From: Octopus sinensis
Taxonomy: Eukaryota
Reading direction: 5' to 3'
Assembly (NCBI RefSeq): GCF_006345805.1
Contig: NC_043010.1
Location: 52,638,001 to 52,702,000, forward strand
DNA: 64,000 bases
The position numbers were made by a program, and so were the translations under genes. Positions 14,177 through 26,810 of the stretch are shown here, in pieces; within the stretch, counting starts at the first letter, position 1, and the number at the start of each line of letters is the position of its first letter. Below the pieces are notes generated by a model, which was not told the DNA's origin, did not search any database, and saw only the letters and a list, made by a program, of their open reading frames with translations.

Positions 14177-14410
14177 GGTGGCGAGCTGGCAGAAACGTTA
14201 GCACGTCGGGCGAAATGCTTTGTGGTATTTCGTCCGCTGCTGCGTTCTGAGTTCAAATTCCGCCGAGGTCGACTTTGCCTTTCATCCTTTCGGGGTCGAT
14301 AAATTAAGCACCAGTTATGCACTGGGGTCGATATAATCGACTTAATCCGTTTGTTTGTCCTTCTTTGTCCCCTCTGTGTTTAGCCCCTTGTGGGTAGTAA
14401 AGAAATAGGT
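14177..14410 (+). mobile_element. tRNA-derived SINE 'family B'
   Basis: gagctggcagaaacgttagc A-box-like and gagttcaaattcc B-box. Other copies: + 18484, 25694 (12-bp TSD aatattctgtat), 30805, 47187; - 5390, 10750, 11004, 15350, 20375-20965, 24215, 31905-32330, 59362-59838. Confidence 0.85.
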
Positions 14411-14717
14411 ATTGACCTGTGTCTATGTTTGTCCTCACATCCCATCACTTAACAACCAATGTTGCTGTGTTTATGTCCCTATAACTTAGCAGTTCAGCAA
14501 AAGATGCCCTGATGCAGTACCAGGCAGTTGCTCTCGTAGCTTCTGATCTTAACTGATTGGAAGTGTTATCATGTACATTGTTTGTCTTGGTATAAAAGAT
14601 GGGCAACAGCAAATATTCTGCTCTGAAAACATGGGAGGTTCGTTCAACATCCTTAAACAATCCTTATTCAGGGACCCTTTGAGCGGGATGGGCTACTCGA
14701 CCTGAAGAAAATTCTAA

Positions 14718-15290
14718 CAAAGTAGCCCAAAACCTCCACTGGCTACAATGCCATAAGTATGGATATGAGGTTATGGGTGATTGATACCAATATACACCAG
14801 AAAAGGTAATGAACGAAAAGGGAAAGGCAAAAATCCTCTGGGACTTTGATTTCCAGACAGACAAAGTTTTAGAGCACCGAAGGATGGATATAGTAACCTT
14901 TAGGAGGGACAAACAGGAGTGCCTAATAATAAATGTGGTAGTGCCAGGGGATCATGAAAGAAAGAGAAAAAGGTTGATAAATATGGAGACTTGAGAATTT
15001 GAGTTCACAAAGATGTGGCAGCTATGAGAGTCAAACATAAAGGTTATCCCTATTGTTATTAGAGCATTGGGTTCAATACCAACCAATCTGAAAAAAAAAC
15101 ATTTGAAAACTTTAGAAATAACCCACAATCTAGGTGTATTGCAAAAGTTGGCATTACTTGGAACTGCACACATATTGCGTAAAGTACTGTCTGGCTGAGG
15201 TCCTTGTGACTTGACAAAGAGTGCAAACCCCCAGTAGACATAACATCTTCAATCAACAATCTCACAATATTGTATACTGTGTGACTTCTA
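14718..15290 (+). mobile_element. 3' remnant of an R4/Dong-clade non-LTR retrotransposon (restriction-like endonuclease region), inactivated
   Basis: Translates KVAQNLHW...KILWDFDFQTDKVLEHRRMDIV...VIPIVIRALG...LLGTAHILRKVL with a stop and frameshifts. Ends at an (AAT)n tract. Confidence 0.8.
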
Positions 15291-15568
15291 TAATAATGAT
15301 AATAATAATAATAATAATAATGATAATAGTAATGATGGTTTCAAATTTTGTAACAAGGGTAGCAATTTTGAATAGGATAATTTAATTACATTGACCCCAG
15401 TGTTCAACTGGTACTTATTTTATTAACCCTGAAAGGTTGAAAGGCTAAGTCAGCCTCGGCGGAATTTGAACTCAGAATGTAGCGATGTGCAAAATACTGT
15501 TAAGCATTTCATCCAGTGCACTAATTCTGTCAGCTCGCCACCTTAATAATAATAATAATAATGATGAT

Positions 15569-16629
15569 AGATGCAACACCAGGCACTGAGTCTCATGGCT
15601 TCTGGTCTTAACTGATTGAAAATGTTATCATGTACATTGTTTTGTCTTGGTATAAAAGATAGGCTACAGCAAATATTCTGCTCAATACCACAGATTTGCT
15701 TGTCAGTTGTTTGACCGTAACCAGTTGACCATGTTCCTTAGTGCCTGACAATATGTGAATCTCTGATCATGAGCAGAAGTAGTGGGGGAGCATCATAGAC
15801 ATGTGTTGAGAGGGATTCATTGTGGTTTGAATAATTCACTTCTGGAAATACAGGTGTTTTGTTCAACATCCTTTATTCAGGGACCTTTTGTTCTGGATGG
15901 GCTACTCGACCTGAAGAAAATTCTAACTGGGCCCCACCTGCTGTTTATCTTGATATGAGATCACCAAGTTGCACACATATGGTTGTGATGCATGTGCTTG
16001 GTGTACCCTTATCAGAAAGGTAGTCAAGATGGTTATACAGAGCTTAGAATATTTCTATTCTAGTGTCACTTTGATGGTATGCACTGCACTCTCACTCAAT
16101 AACAACAACAACAATAATAATAAAAGCATTGATGCAATACAGACAGTGGCTCCCATGGTTTCTTATCTTAACTGATTGGAAGTGTTATCATGTACATTGT
16201 TTTGTCTTGATATAAAAGATGGGCTACAGCAACCAGTTGAGCATGTCCCTTACTAGCTGACGATATGTGCATCTCTGTTCACAAGCAGAAGTAGTGGGGG
16301 AGCATCATAGACATGTTTTGAGAGGAATTTGTTGGGGTTTGAATAATTCACCTCTGGAAATATGGGTGTTTTGTTCAATGTACTTAAACAAACCTTATTT
16401 AAGGATCTTTTGTCTGGGATGGGTTACTTGACCTGAAGGAAATTCTAACTGGGCCACACCTGCAAGGTCATGTGTTGTTTATCTTGATATGAGATCACTG
16501 TGTTGTACACATATGGTTGTGATGCATGTACCTGTTGTACCCTTTTCAGGGTAGTCATGATGGGTATACTGGGCTTCATATATTTGTATCCCAGTTTCAG
16601 TTTGATGGCATGCACTGCTCTCTCACTCA
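15569..16629 (+). mobile_element. Two head-to-tail family F copies separated by an AAC/AAT tract
   Basis: Both align visually to 10148-10705 and have diverged from each other. Confidence 0.75.
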
Positions 16630-16740
16630 GTAATAATATTAATAATAATGTTATTATCATTTTTAAATTGTTACACTAGATAATAATAGAGTCAACAATA
16701 CCTTTGCAAATATTTTCTCCTGAATTATTTGCTCCATATT

Positions 16741-16778
<38 letters not shown>

Positions 16779-16924
16779 TATAGTAATAATAATAATCAGT
16801 GAATTTGGGCGTGTAATCTGGGAATGCATACAATGCCCTTCTCTGCCCTAGGTGTATGGAAAACACTCGGCGAGAAACGGAAGAAAATTTGAAGAAAGAA
16901 GGAAAAAACATAATAATAATAATG

Positions 16925-16966
<42 letters not shown>

Positions 16967-17109
16967 TAATAATAATAATGATAATTCTTTCTAATATAGG
17001 CTCAAGGTGTGACAATTTTTTGGGAGGAGGCTAGTCGACTATGTTGACCCCAATGCTCAGTAATAATAATTCGTATGAAGACAAGCCAGTGGCTGTAATA
17101 AGGAATAAT

Positions 17110-17460
17110 AAATATTGGATTTTATGGGATATCCCCATGAAGACAAACCAAAAGTATGCAAATGCAGTAAGAAAAATAGATATGATCATAGAGGAAAACG
17201 AAAAAAAAATGATAATGTGAGATCATAGACTTTGTAATATCATATAATAATAGAATGAATACCAAAGAGATTGAAGAAAAATTGTGAATTATCAGCATTA
17301 GTCAGAGAGATGAAGATATTGTGGAAGACTGGGAAGAAAATTACGCCTGGGGTAATTAGTGCAAAATGCTGCCTAATAGACTGAAAGACATTGGAATCGA
17401 ATCTCATATTGTCAATCAGTAGAACAATGTAATTGTGTATTCTGAAAAAAATCACAAGGG
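17110..17460 (+). mobile_element. Second, more decayed R4/Dong-like endonuclease remnant
   Basis: Fragments such as IEEKIVNYQ..VREMKILWKTGKKITPGVIS resemble the EKxxKYxxL..LW..V.P.VIG region. AAT-rich surroundings. Confidence 0.4.
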
Positions 17461-19354
17461 ATGAAGTGTAAAGCTGAGCATGGCATAATTTTCATTAAAA
17501 ATATAAAGAGCCAGTTACTATAAAAGTAATAACAATTCTGTCGTTTTTGCATGAAGATAATGATGAAGATGCTGATGATGATGATGATGATGATGATAAA
17601 GTTAAGTAACCAACAGGGATGGACCCTAAATAATATGATTAAATATAACTGTATGAGAATTTAATGTGGTTTTAGAGTCAAGTTTTGGCTGCTGTTTCCA
17701 GCGTGGTGGTATCTCTTAGATACCCTAAATTATAATTTTAATAACAATAATTATATATATATAAATAAAGTATAAGGAAAGGAAAAATTGTAGGAGTAGA
17801 CGAACTCATAATCCAGGTTCGTACAGAACCAGTATACATTCTACAAATTGTTTTGGAGTCTAATTAATTCCAAAGACAAAATTGAAAAACTCTTCTTGAA
17901 ATGAAAATTAGATTCTTCGTCAAGAATTACATACCGGTATGAATAATTACGACCAACAAAAATATACAAAAACCTTTCATAGTCAAGACGGGAATGAACA
18001 AATAGTAATATATATTCTCTTTTACTCTTTTACTTGTTTCAATCATTTAACTGCGGCCATGCTGGAGTACTGCAAATTGACCCCAGGACTTATTCTTTGT
18101 AAGCCTAGTACTTATTCTATTGGTCTCTTTTGCCAAACTGCTAAGTTACAGGGATGTAAACACACCAGCATCAGTTGTCAAGTGATCTTGTGGGGGGAGG
18201 ACAAACACAGACACACACACACATATATACATATATATATATATATACGATGGGCTTCTTTCAGTTTCTGTCTACCAAATCCACTCACAAGGCTTTGGTC
18301 AGCCCAAGGTGCCACGCAGTGGGACTGAACCCAGAACCACGTGGTTGGTAAGCCAGCTACTTACCACACAGCCACTCCTGTGCCTATATTTATGATGGGC
18401 ATCTTTCAGTTTCTGTCTACCCTATCTACTCACAAGGTTTTGGTCGGCCCAAGGATATGGTAGAAGGATACACTTTCCCAAGGCAGCGAGCTGGCAGAAA
18501 CGTTAGCACGCTGGACGAAATGCGTAGCCGTATTTCGTCTGTGGTTACGTTCCGAGTTCAAATTCCGCCGAGGTCGACTTTGCCTTTCATCCTTTCGCTG
18601 TCGATAAACTAAGTACCAGTTACGCACTGGGGTCGATGTAATCGACTTAATCCCTTTATCTGTCCTTGTTTGTCCCCTCTGTGTTTAGCCCCTTGTGGGT
18701 AGTAAATGTAAAAAAAAAAAAAAAGGTGTCACACTGTGGGACTGAACCCAGAACCATGTGGTTGAGAAGGAAACTTCTTACCGCATAGCCACCACCTGTA
18801 CAGAACCGAGATACATACTGAATAATATTTTGTCAAATGTTCTAAACACCTCTGCAAATTCGACCCCTTGAAATGAATGCACAAGTGTGTTTGTGTGTGT
18901 GTGTGTGTATGTGTGTGTGTATGTGTGTGTGTGTGTGTGTATGTGTGGGTGTGTGTGGAAATCTGCTTCAATAAGTTTTGACCGTAACAAAGGAAAGGGC
19001 AAGATGACAGTCAGTTGTCTGTTGTGTCTTTTCTGTTAACCTTAATCTCAAATTAATTTGTTTCACAGCAGATGTTGCTAATCCTTTGCTTTGTCAGGAT
19101 TTTAGAATATCAAGCAAAAGGTGGTAGACACAGGAGTTTGTTGTTGTTGTTGTTGTCGTTGTGTGGGTGGGGGGTGGGGGGATTTGTGGTTGGTAGAGGG
19201 TAAAGAAAACACCAGACGCTGACGTTTGTAGATTGTAGTTGCTGATTATTTTTGACAGAGATCTGGGCAGATGCACCAGCACCAGCCCCCCCCCACCACA
19301 TGCCGTCGGTTATATGGTCTATAGATGTTGTTGATGGTGGAGAAAGAGAATGGC

Positions 19355-19533
19355 AAGAAGATAGATAGATAGAGAGATAAATAGGTAGATAGATAGACGG
19401 ATAGGTAACAGATAGATAGATAAACAGATTGATTGATAAACAGATAGACAAATAAATGGATAGCTAGCTAGCTAGGTAGATAGATAGAGAGATTGATGGA
19501 GAGATTGATAGATAGATACATAGATAGGTAAGG

Positions 19534-19575
<42 letters not shown>

Positions 19576-19600
19576 GTAGGTAGGTAGGTTGGTAGGTAGG

Positions 19601-19648
<48 letters not shown>

Positions 19649-19716
19649 CAGGTAGATAAACAGATATAGATAGATAAATGGATAGCTAGCTAGCTATGTA
19701 GATAGAGAGATTGTTG

Positions 19717-19765
<49 letters not shown>

Positions 19766-19778
19766 GTAGGTAGGTAGG

Positions 19779-19813
<35 letters not shown>

Positions 19814-19901
19814 ACAGATAGACAGATAAATGGATAGCTAGCTAGCTAGCTAGGTAGATAGATAGAGAGATTGATGGAGAGATTGATAGATAGATAAGGA
19901 A

Positions 19902-19933
<32 letters not shown>

Positions 19934-20030
19934 GTAGGTAGGTAGGTAGGTAGATAGATGGACAGGTAGATAAACAGATATAGATAGATGGATAGACAGT
20001 CAGACAGACAAGTCAATAGATAAATAGACA
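19355..20030. repeat. Compound (GATA)n/(GGTA)n microsatellite with internal block duplications
   Basis: The interruption block gataaacagata..aaatggatagctagctag recurs at about 19435, 19655 and 19810. Confidence 0.9.
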
Positions 20031-20111
20031 GGGAAATTGACAGATAAGGAGACAGTTAAATAGAGAGACAGAGGTAGATAGATAACTAGACAAATTAGTT
20101 ATGAACAAGCT

Positions 20112-20185
<74 letters not shown>

Positions 20186-21465
20186 CCAATTTCTTAATGG
20201 CTTTGATTACATTACTCTGTAGTCTGTAGATGTTTTGTTGGCACAGAGAAGCAATTATAAAACTGATAACAATGATGATGATGATAATTGTGGTAGCAAC
20301 GATAACAATGATGATGATATTGATGAACGATAGTGGTGATGCTGAAGATGCTGATGATGATTCCAAGTTCTTTTCTACTCTAGGTACAAAGCCTGAAAAT
20401 TTTTGGGAGGGAGGCCAGTCGATTAGATCAACCCAGTATACAACTGGTACTTAATTTATCGACCCTGAAAGGATGAAAGGTAAAGTCGACCTCAGTGGAA
20501 TTTGAACTCAGAATGTAAAGACAGATGAAATACCGCTAAGCATTTCATGCTAACGTTTCTTTTTTATTTATTGCCCACAAGATGCTAAACATAGAGGGGA
20601 CAAACAAGGACAGACAAAGGGATTAAGTCGATTACATCGACCCCAGTGTGTAACTGGTAATTAATCTATCAACCCCGAAAGGCTGAAAGGCAAAGTTGAC
20701 CTCGGCGGAATCTGAACTCAGAACGTAACAGCAGATGAAATACCTATTTCTTTATTACCCACAAGGGACTAAACATAGAGGGGACAAACAAGGACAGACA
20801 AAGGGATTAAGTTGATTACATCGACCCCAGTGTGTAACTGGTAATTAATCTATCAACCCTGAAAGGCAAAGTCGACCTCAGCGGAATCTGAACTCAGAAT
20901 GTAACAGCAGACAAAATACCGCTAAGCATTTCACCCACATGCTAACGTTTCTGCCAGCTCACCGCCTTTATGAGTTGAAGTTCTGTGAGAAGGTTTTTAT
21001 CGATCCTTACAATTTGATGATTGCTCTTCATCCTTTCCACATCATTTCCAGTGAAAGACAAGAAAGTGAAGTCTCTCTCTCCACAGTGAGGTTTGAACTC
21101 AGAACATAGATGGTCATAACTAAATACCATCAGTGGATGTACTCAGTTTAATGCACCCAAGAATTCAACTGGTACTTCATTTATTGACACATGCTATTAG
21201 GCACAGGTATGGGTGTGTGGTTAAGAAGTTTGCTTCTCAACCAAAAGGTTTTTGGTTCTGTCCCTCCACATGGACAAGTGTCTTCTACAAAAATCAGAGG
21301 ACAGCCAAAATTTTGTGAGTGGATTTGATAGATGGAAAGAGTGTAAAACCCAGCCTTATACATACATACATACATAGAATTCACAAAAAAAACAACAAAA
21401 GATGAAGATCGGTGGTGTAGACAGCAAACAGATGTATTAGTATAACTCTCGGGAAGTGAAAAAGT

Positions 21466-21501
21466 CTTTAACATTTTGAGCCTACGCTCTTCCACAGAAA
21501 G
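21466..21501 (-). ncRNA. Decayed or variant minimal hammerhead motif
   Basis: Minus strand cttt-CTGTGGA-a-gagc(gtag)gctc-AAAA-TGT-T-aaag. Stems I and II are perfect; the core is altered (G12 lost, A6 changed). Confidence 0.42.
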
Positions 21502-21921
21502 GAACACAGAAAGAAACAAGGAGAGAAAATAAAGAATGTGTAGTGGCTAGTGATCTATCATGGCGATCTACATACATATATACATACATATATACATACA
21601 CGCATATAAGAACCAAAGGTCCTTTCCAAACTAGAGGCTTATAAGGCCAGTCATCCTGCTTCCCCCCGCCCTGCTTCCACAGATGGAATGTCAATCCATT
21701 GCAGGATTATTCATTTTCTGCCAGCTCCCAGGACAAGAGCAATGGAAAATGAAGATGTTTTACTCAAGAACACAGTGTGTCGCCCCATACAGGAATCCAA
21801 ACCACAATCTTATAACCATAAGGGCAACACCGTAACCACTATGCCACGCACTTCCACATATGTATATATGTACATATGTATGCATATATATATATACACA
21901 TATACACACATTATATAAGCA

Positions 21922-21961
<40 letters not shown>

Positions 21962-22022
21962 AAGGTGTAGCGTTTGTAAGAGTCTAGATTGAATTGATAT
22001 ATCGGTTCCATTCTAGCAAAAA

Positions 22023-22060
22023 CTGTCAGATGAACGGCAACAAGAAACTCAGAGTAACAG
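22023..22060 (+). ncRNA. Decayed minimal hammerhead motif
   Basis: ctgt-CAGATGA-acggcaacaa-GAAA-CTCAGAGT-A-acag. Stem I, stem III and GUA are retained; core U4 is changed and stem II does not pair. Confidence 0.45.
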
Positions 22061-22162
22061 ATTTTGTTGAATTTTCTGCTGCTTTAAATAAAGCATATTA
22101 CTCTACCACTGGTATTTGAGTACTCTTTTTTCCACCTTGTTTCACATTTATGTGTTTACTCC

Positions 22163-22202
<40 letters not shown>

Positions 22203-25200
22203 GTTAGTGCATAATTATTGTGGCTTTTTGTCAACAAATTTTATTCAACAAAAACAATAAAAATATTTAACAAAAACATCTTTAAATGGCGGTCTGACCA
22301 TCTGCCAAGCAAACGGGAAGCAGTAATTGAAGTAGATGGTGTATATGTCCCGGAATAATCATTTAAAGATGTTTTTGTTATATGGTGTTATTGTTTTTGT
22401 TAAATATGCGCCAACCCAATATATATATACGTATGTATGTATGTGTATAAATATATTTACACATGCACACACACACATATATGACCATCACTCTCCAATA
22501 AGCAGTGTTGTTCATTTCTAGTCTCCTATGAAAACATGTCCGAGCATGATGAAATATTGCCTTGATAAGAAACAGGTAAGGATCAATGATAAGAAGGTCG
22601 TCAAGCCATACAAATCTGGCTCAACAAATTCCATCTGACCCCTACAAATAAGGATAACCAGCACTGTCAGTTACGACGACGAGGGTTCCAGTTGACCCGA
22701 TCAACAGAACAGCCTGTTCATCAAATTAAGGTGCAAATGGCTGAGTACTCCACAGACATGCATACCCTTAATGTAGTTCTCAGGGAGATTCAGTGTGATA
22801 CAGAACGTGACAAGGGAGACTCTTTGATTTACAGCTATTACTCACTTTTTTTTTACCAATAGGTGCAGGAGTGGCTGTGTGGTAAGTAGCTTGCTTACGA
22901 ACCACAAGGTTCCGGGTTCAGTCCCACTGCGCAGCACCTTGGACAGATGTCTTTCTCTCATTCTTTCTTCTGTTGGCCTGCTTGCTTAGCCAATGTAGCA
23001 ACATCTGATAACCTGGTCGGTCATGTGATCATGTGATGTATATATATATATACGTATGTATGCATATATATATCTATGTGTGAGTGTGTCTTTGTGTCTG
23101 TGTTTGTTCCAACATCACCGCTTGACAAACGGTGTTGGTGTGTTTATGTCCCCGTAACTTAGTGGTTCAGCAAAAGAGACCGATAGAATAAGTTCTAGGC
23201 TTAAGAAATAAGTCCTGGGGTTGGTTCGTTCAACTAAAATACCTTTGAAGGTGGTGCTCCAGCATGGCCAAAGTGAAATGACTTAAACAAGTGAAAGAAT
23301 AAAAGAATGTGCCTTATTTTCTTTTGTGTTCCTTTTTTTACTTGGTTTAGTGATTGGGCAATCCCTGTTTCAGGACCTCCACCTTGAAGGGTTTAGTCAG
23401 ACAAACTGACCTGGGACATATTTTTTTTATATCTGATTCTTATACTATTAGTCTCTTTTGCTAAGCCACTAAGCTACAGGGATGAGAACAAACCAAGTTG
23501 TCAAGTGGTGGGAGTGGGTTTAGGGGACAAACACTAACACACACTCATACATATCTACATACATAAACGATGGGCTTCCACATAGTTTCCATCTACCGAT
23601 TTCACTCACAAAGCATTGGTCATCCCAGTGCTACAGTAGAAGACACTTGCCCAAGGTGCTGCGCAGTGGGACTGAACCCGAAGCCATGTGACTGGAAAGT
23701 GAGTTACTTAAACATGCATTCATGCCTGCATCTCAAATGGTAATTAAAGGCGTCTGTTTGAATAAGATTTATGATTAAATATTGATTTTAGGTTTTAATT
23801 AGTGAGTCATGGACAATAAAGAACTATAGCAGGCCATGGTAGATAAATAAGTTGTAGATCAATGGTATAGGCTAGTGCGCTGCAACTGGTATGTTACGGC
23901 ACACTGGCGTTCTGCAATAAATCAAAATTCCATAAATACTTAATATTCAATTTTATTTGATCATTCTAATTATGAATGTTTAATAATTAAATGCTGTGAG
24001 TTAAAATCAGTTTTTTTTTCTTTTTCAATATTTGTCTATTCATTAGCGAAGTCTCATACAAAATAATTTTTTGTTTTAATCTTGGAATTAAGCGGGTTTT
24101 GATTCACTGTCAGGTGATTTTTGGCCAACCCTATAAGTGTGCCACAAGTGGGAAAAGAGTGCACAAAAGCAGGGGAGATAACTCGGAATGTTTCTTAATT
24201 ATACTTTTCTATTCTAGTCACAAGGCCCGAAATTTTGGGAGTGGGGGCAGTCAATTAGATCAACCCTAGTACGCAACTGGTAACAAATTTATCAACCCGG
24301 AAAGGATGAAAGGCAAAGTCGACCTTGGCAGAATTTGAACTCAGAACGTAAAGACAGACGAAATACTGATCAGTGGTTTTCAACCATTTTTTTTTATATC
24401 GATAGACCTCCTTGATTACTGTTTTATTCTGGTGGATCCCAAAAGCCATCTGATGTTTGAAAGCTAGTTTTATAAATACCCCTTGACCAGAAACATGTTA
24501 AACTATGTAAAATGTTAAAGAAACCTAGCTGCTTTTTGGGAGGTTTTTTTGCAATAAAAAGACCTAAAGTAAAATTTTTTCATGACAAGGTTCAATCCCA
24601 TTGTGTGGCACCTTGGGTAAGTGTCTCCTACTATAGCCTCGGGCCGACCAAAGCCTTGTGAGTGGATTTGGTAGACGGAAACTGAAAGAAGCCCGTCGTA
24701 TATATGTGTATATGTATGTGTGTGTATATGTTTGTGTGTCTGTGTTTGTCTCTCCAACGTCGCTTGTGTGTTTATGTCCCCATAACTTAGCAGTCTAGCA
24801 AAAGAGACTGATAGAATAAGTACTAGGCTTACAAATAACAAGTCTCAGGGTCAATTTGCTTGACTAAAGGTGGTGCTCCAGCATGGCCGCAGTCAAATGA
24901 CTGAAACAAGTAAAAGAGTAAAAAAATAACCCTTAAAATGCTAATGTGGTTCCTCAATTTACTATTTTGCTTGCGTGGACCCTCAGAAACCTTAGAAGGA
25001 CTCCGAATATTACTTATTATCAGTGAATGTCCAGTCCTCAGCCATTGCTTGTTGGCCCTGTAGTAACCAAAGCAATAGTGGCAGCAAGTGGCTTAGTGAT
25101 TAGGGTGTTGGACCCATGATTGTGGTTTCCAAGGCTATAGTAGAAGACACTTGCCTAAGGTGCCATGAGCAGGACTTAAACCCTGAACCATGTGGTTGGG

Positions 25201-25301
25201 AAGAAAGCCCCTTACTACACAACCACACCTGCCCCTAACATCAGAAACTCAAAGCTATGAGAGAATGCAGGATTAATTCAATGTCAATGAAAAAACCATT
25301 A

Positions 25302-25680
25302 CATCATCATCATCATCGTTTAACGTTCGTTTTCCGCGCTAGCACGGGTTGGACGGTTCGACCGGGGTCTGGGAAGCCAGGAGGCTGCACCAGGCTCCAG
25401 TCTGATCTGGCAGTGTTTCTACAGCTGGATGCCCTTCCTAACGCCAACCACTCCGCGAGTGTAGTGGGTGCTTTTTACGTGCCAGGGAAGTCTGGCAGCG
25501 GCCACGATCGGTTGGTGCTTTTAACGTGCCACCGGCACGGAAGCCAGTCAAGGCGGCGCTGGCATCAGCCACAATCGGTTGGTGCTTTTAACGTGCCACC
25601 GGCATGGAAGCCACTTGAGGCAGCGCTGGCATCAGCCACGTTCGGATGGTGCTTTTTATGTGCCACTGGCACAGGTATCA
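25302..25680 (-). mobile_element. RTE-tail repeat ('family E') with internal tandem units of about 67 bp
   Basis: ggatgcccttcctaacgccaacc motif and (CAT)n end. Related copies at about 27290, 31740, 34985, 42350, 49630, 51460 and 61960. Confidence 0.7.
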
Positions 25681-26211
25681 CAATATTCTGTATTAGCACG
25701 CCGGGCGAAATGCTTAGCAGTATTTCGTCTGCCGTTACGTTGTGAGTTCAAATTCCGCCGAGGTCGACTTTGCCTTTCATCCTTTCGGGGTCGATAAATT
25801 AAGTACCAGTTACACTCTGGGGTCGATGTAATCGACTTAATACCTATGTCTGTCCTTGTTTGTCTCCTCTGTGTTTAGCCCCTTGTGGGTAATAAAGAAA
25901 TAGGAATATTCTGTATGCTAAAGTGTTAAAATGTGTAAGACATGATGACGCTCCTATGGCTTCATCAGGAGTTAAAGACCCACTACTAGGACTCACTTCA
26001 CCACCCATGGTAGCTAGCTTACTATTTAAAAATGTTCATAGAAAAAACTGTGTGATGTTGGAGAATGAGATTACTTCATAATTTAATTACAAAAACAGTG
26101 TTGGCTGTATATTCATTGTAAGATGGTGGGTTTGATTATTTTCTGTATTTTCAATAACATTAGCTCATTCCTAATAGATTTTTTTTCTTCAAACTTGTGT
26201 TTTATACTACA

Positions 26212-26596
26212 CTAGCAGTATCGCCCGGCGTTGCTCGGGTTTGTAAGGGAAATAACTATAAAGCATTTTTAGAGAGTTATAGCCAAAAAATAGCAAAAAA
26301 ATGGAAAAAAAATTATGGTAAATATATTTTTGAGAGTTAAAAAGGTGGAGTTGCGTCCCCTAGACAGTCTGTGGTTTGTGTTTCTGACTCTCGACCCCAT
26401 GTCGAATTTATCGATTTTTTTCAGAACTGGGGGAACTTTTCAAAATTTTCGCTGCGTTAGTTTTGAATTATGACATTGGGCTATGTGTGTGTCAAGTTTC
26501 ATCAGAATCGGTTGAAAGCCGTGGTCAGGGTGAGGGTACAACCTAACAGACACACAGAAACACACACAGACAAACTGCCGTTTATATAGAGAGAGA
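26212..26596 (-). mobile_element. Non-autonomous Helitron-like element (385 bp)
   Basis: Minus strand A|TC start, subterminal hairpin cccgagcaacgccggg, and CTAG|T end. No TSD. Confidence 0.7.
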
Positions 26597-26810
26597 TATC
26601 CTTGTATTTCATATGTAGCAAATACCTACCAGTGCATTCATAAAAGCTCTAAACTACTTTCTGTTGGCTACTGTATATTAATCCCAACCTTCCAAGTTGA
26701 CTGTATGGGACTGTTGTGCGTGCAGTACTATATGTAGCATAGCATAAATATATTTGGAAATATTAAATTTCTAAATATCTCATAGAGATATGTATGGTGG
26801 TGGGGCGATA

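Noticed and set aside
19110-19451. ORF DHITDGMWWGG... as a cassette exon
   Set aside because: The open frame is phase 1 while the host intron is phase 2, and the compatible frame contains a stop.
25938-25970. Possible seventh hammerhead (minus strand CTGATGA-agcc...catgtc); similar traces at about 42830 and 63320
   Set aside because: GAAA or the first core motif and stem I are missing; too degraded to distinguish from chance.
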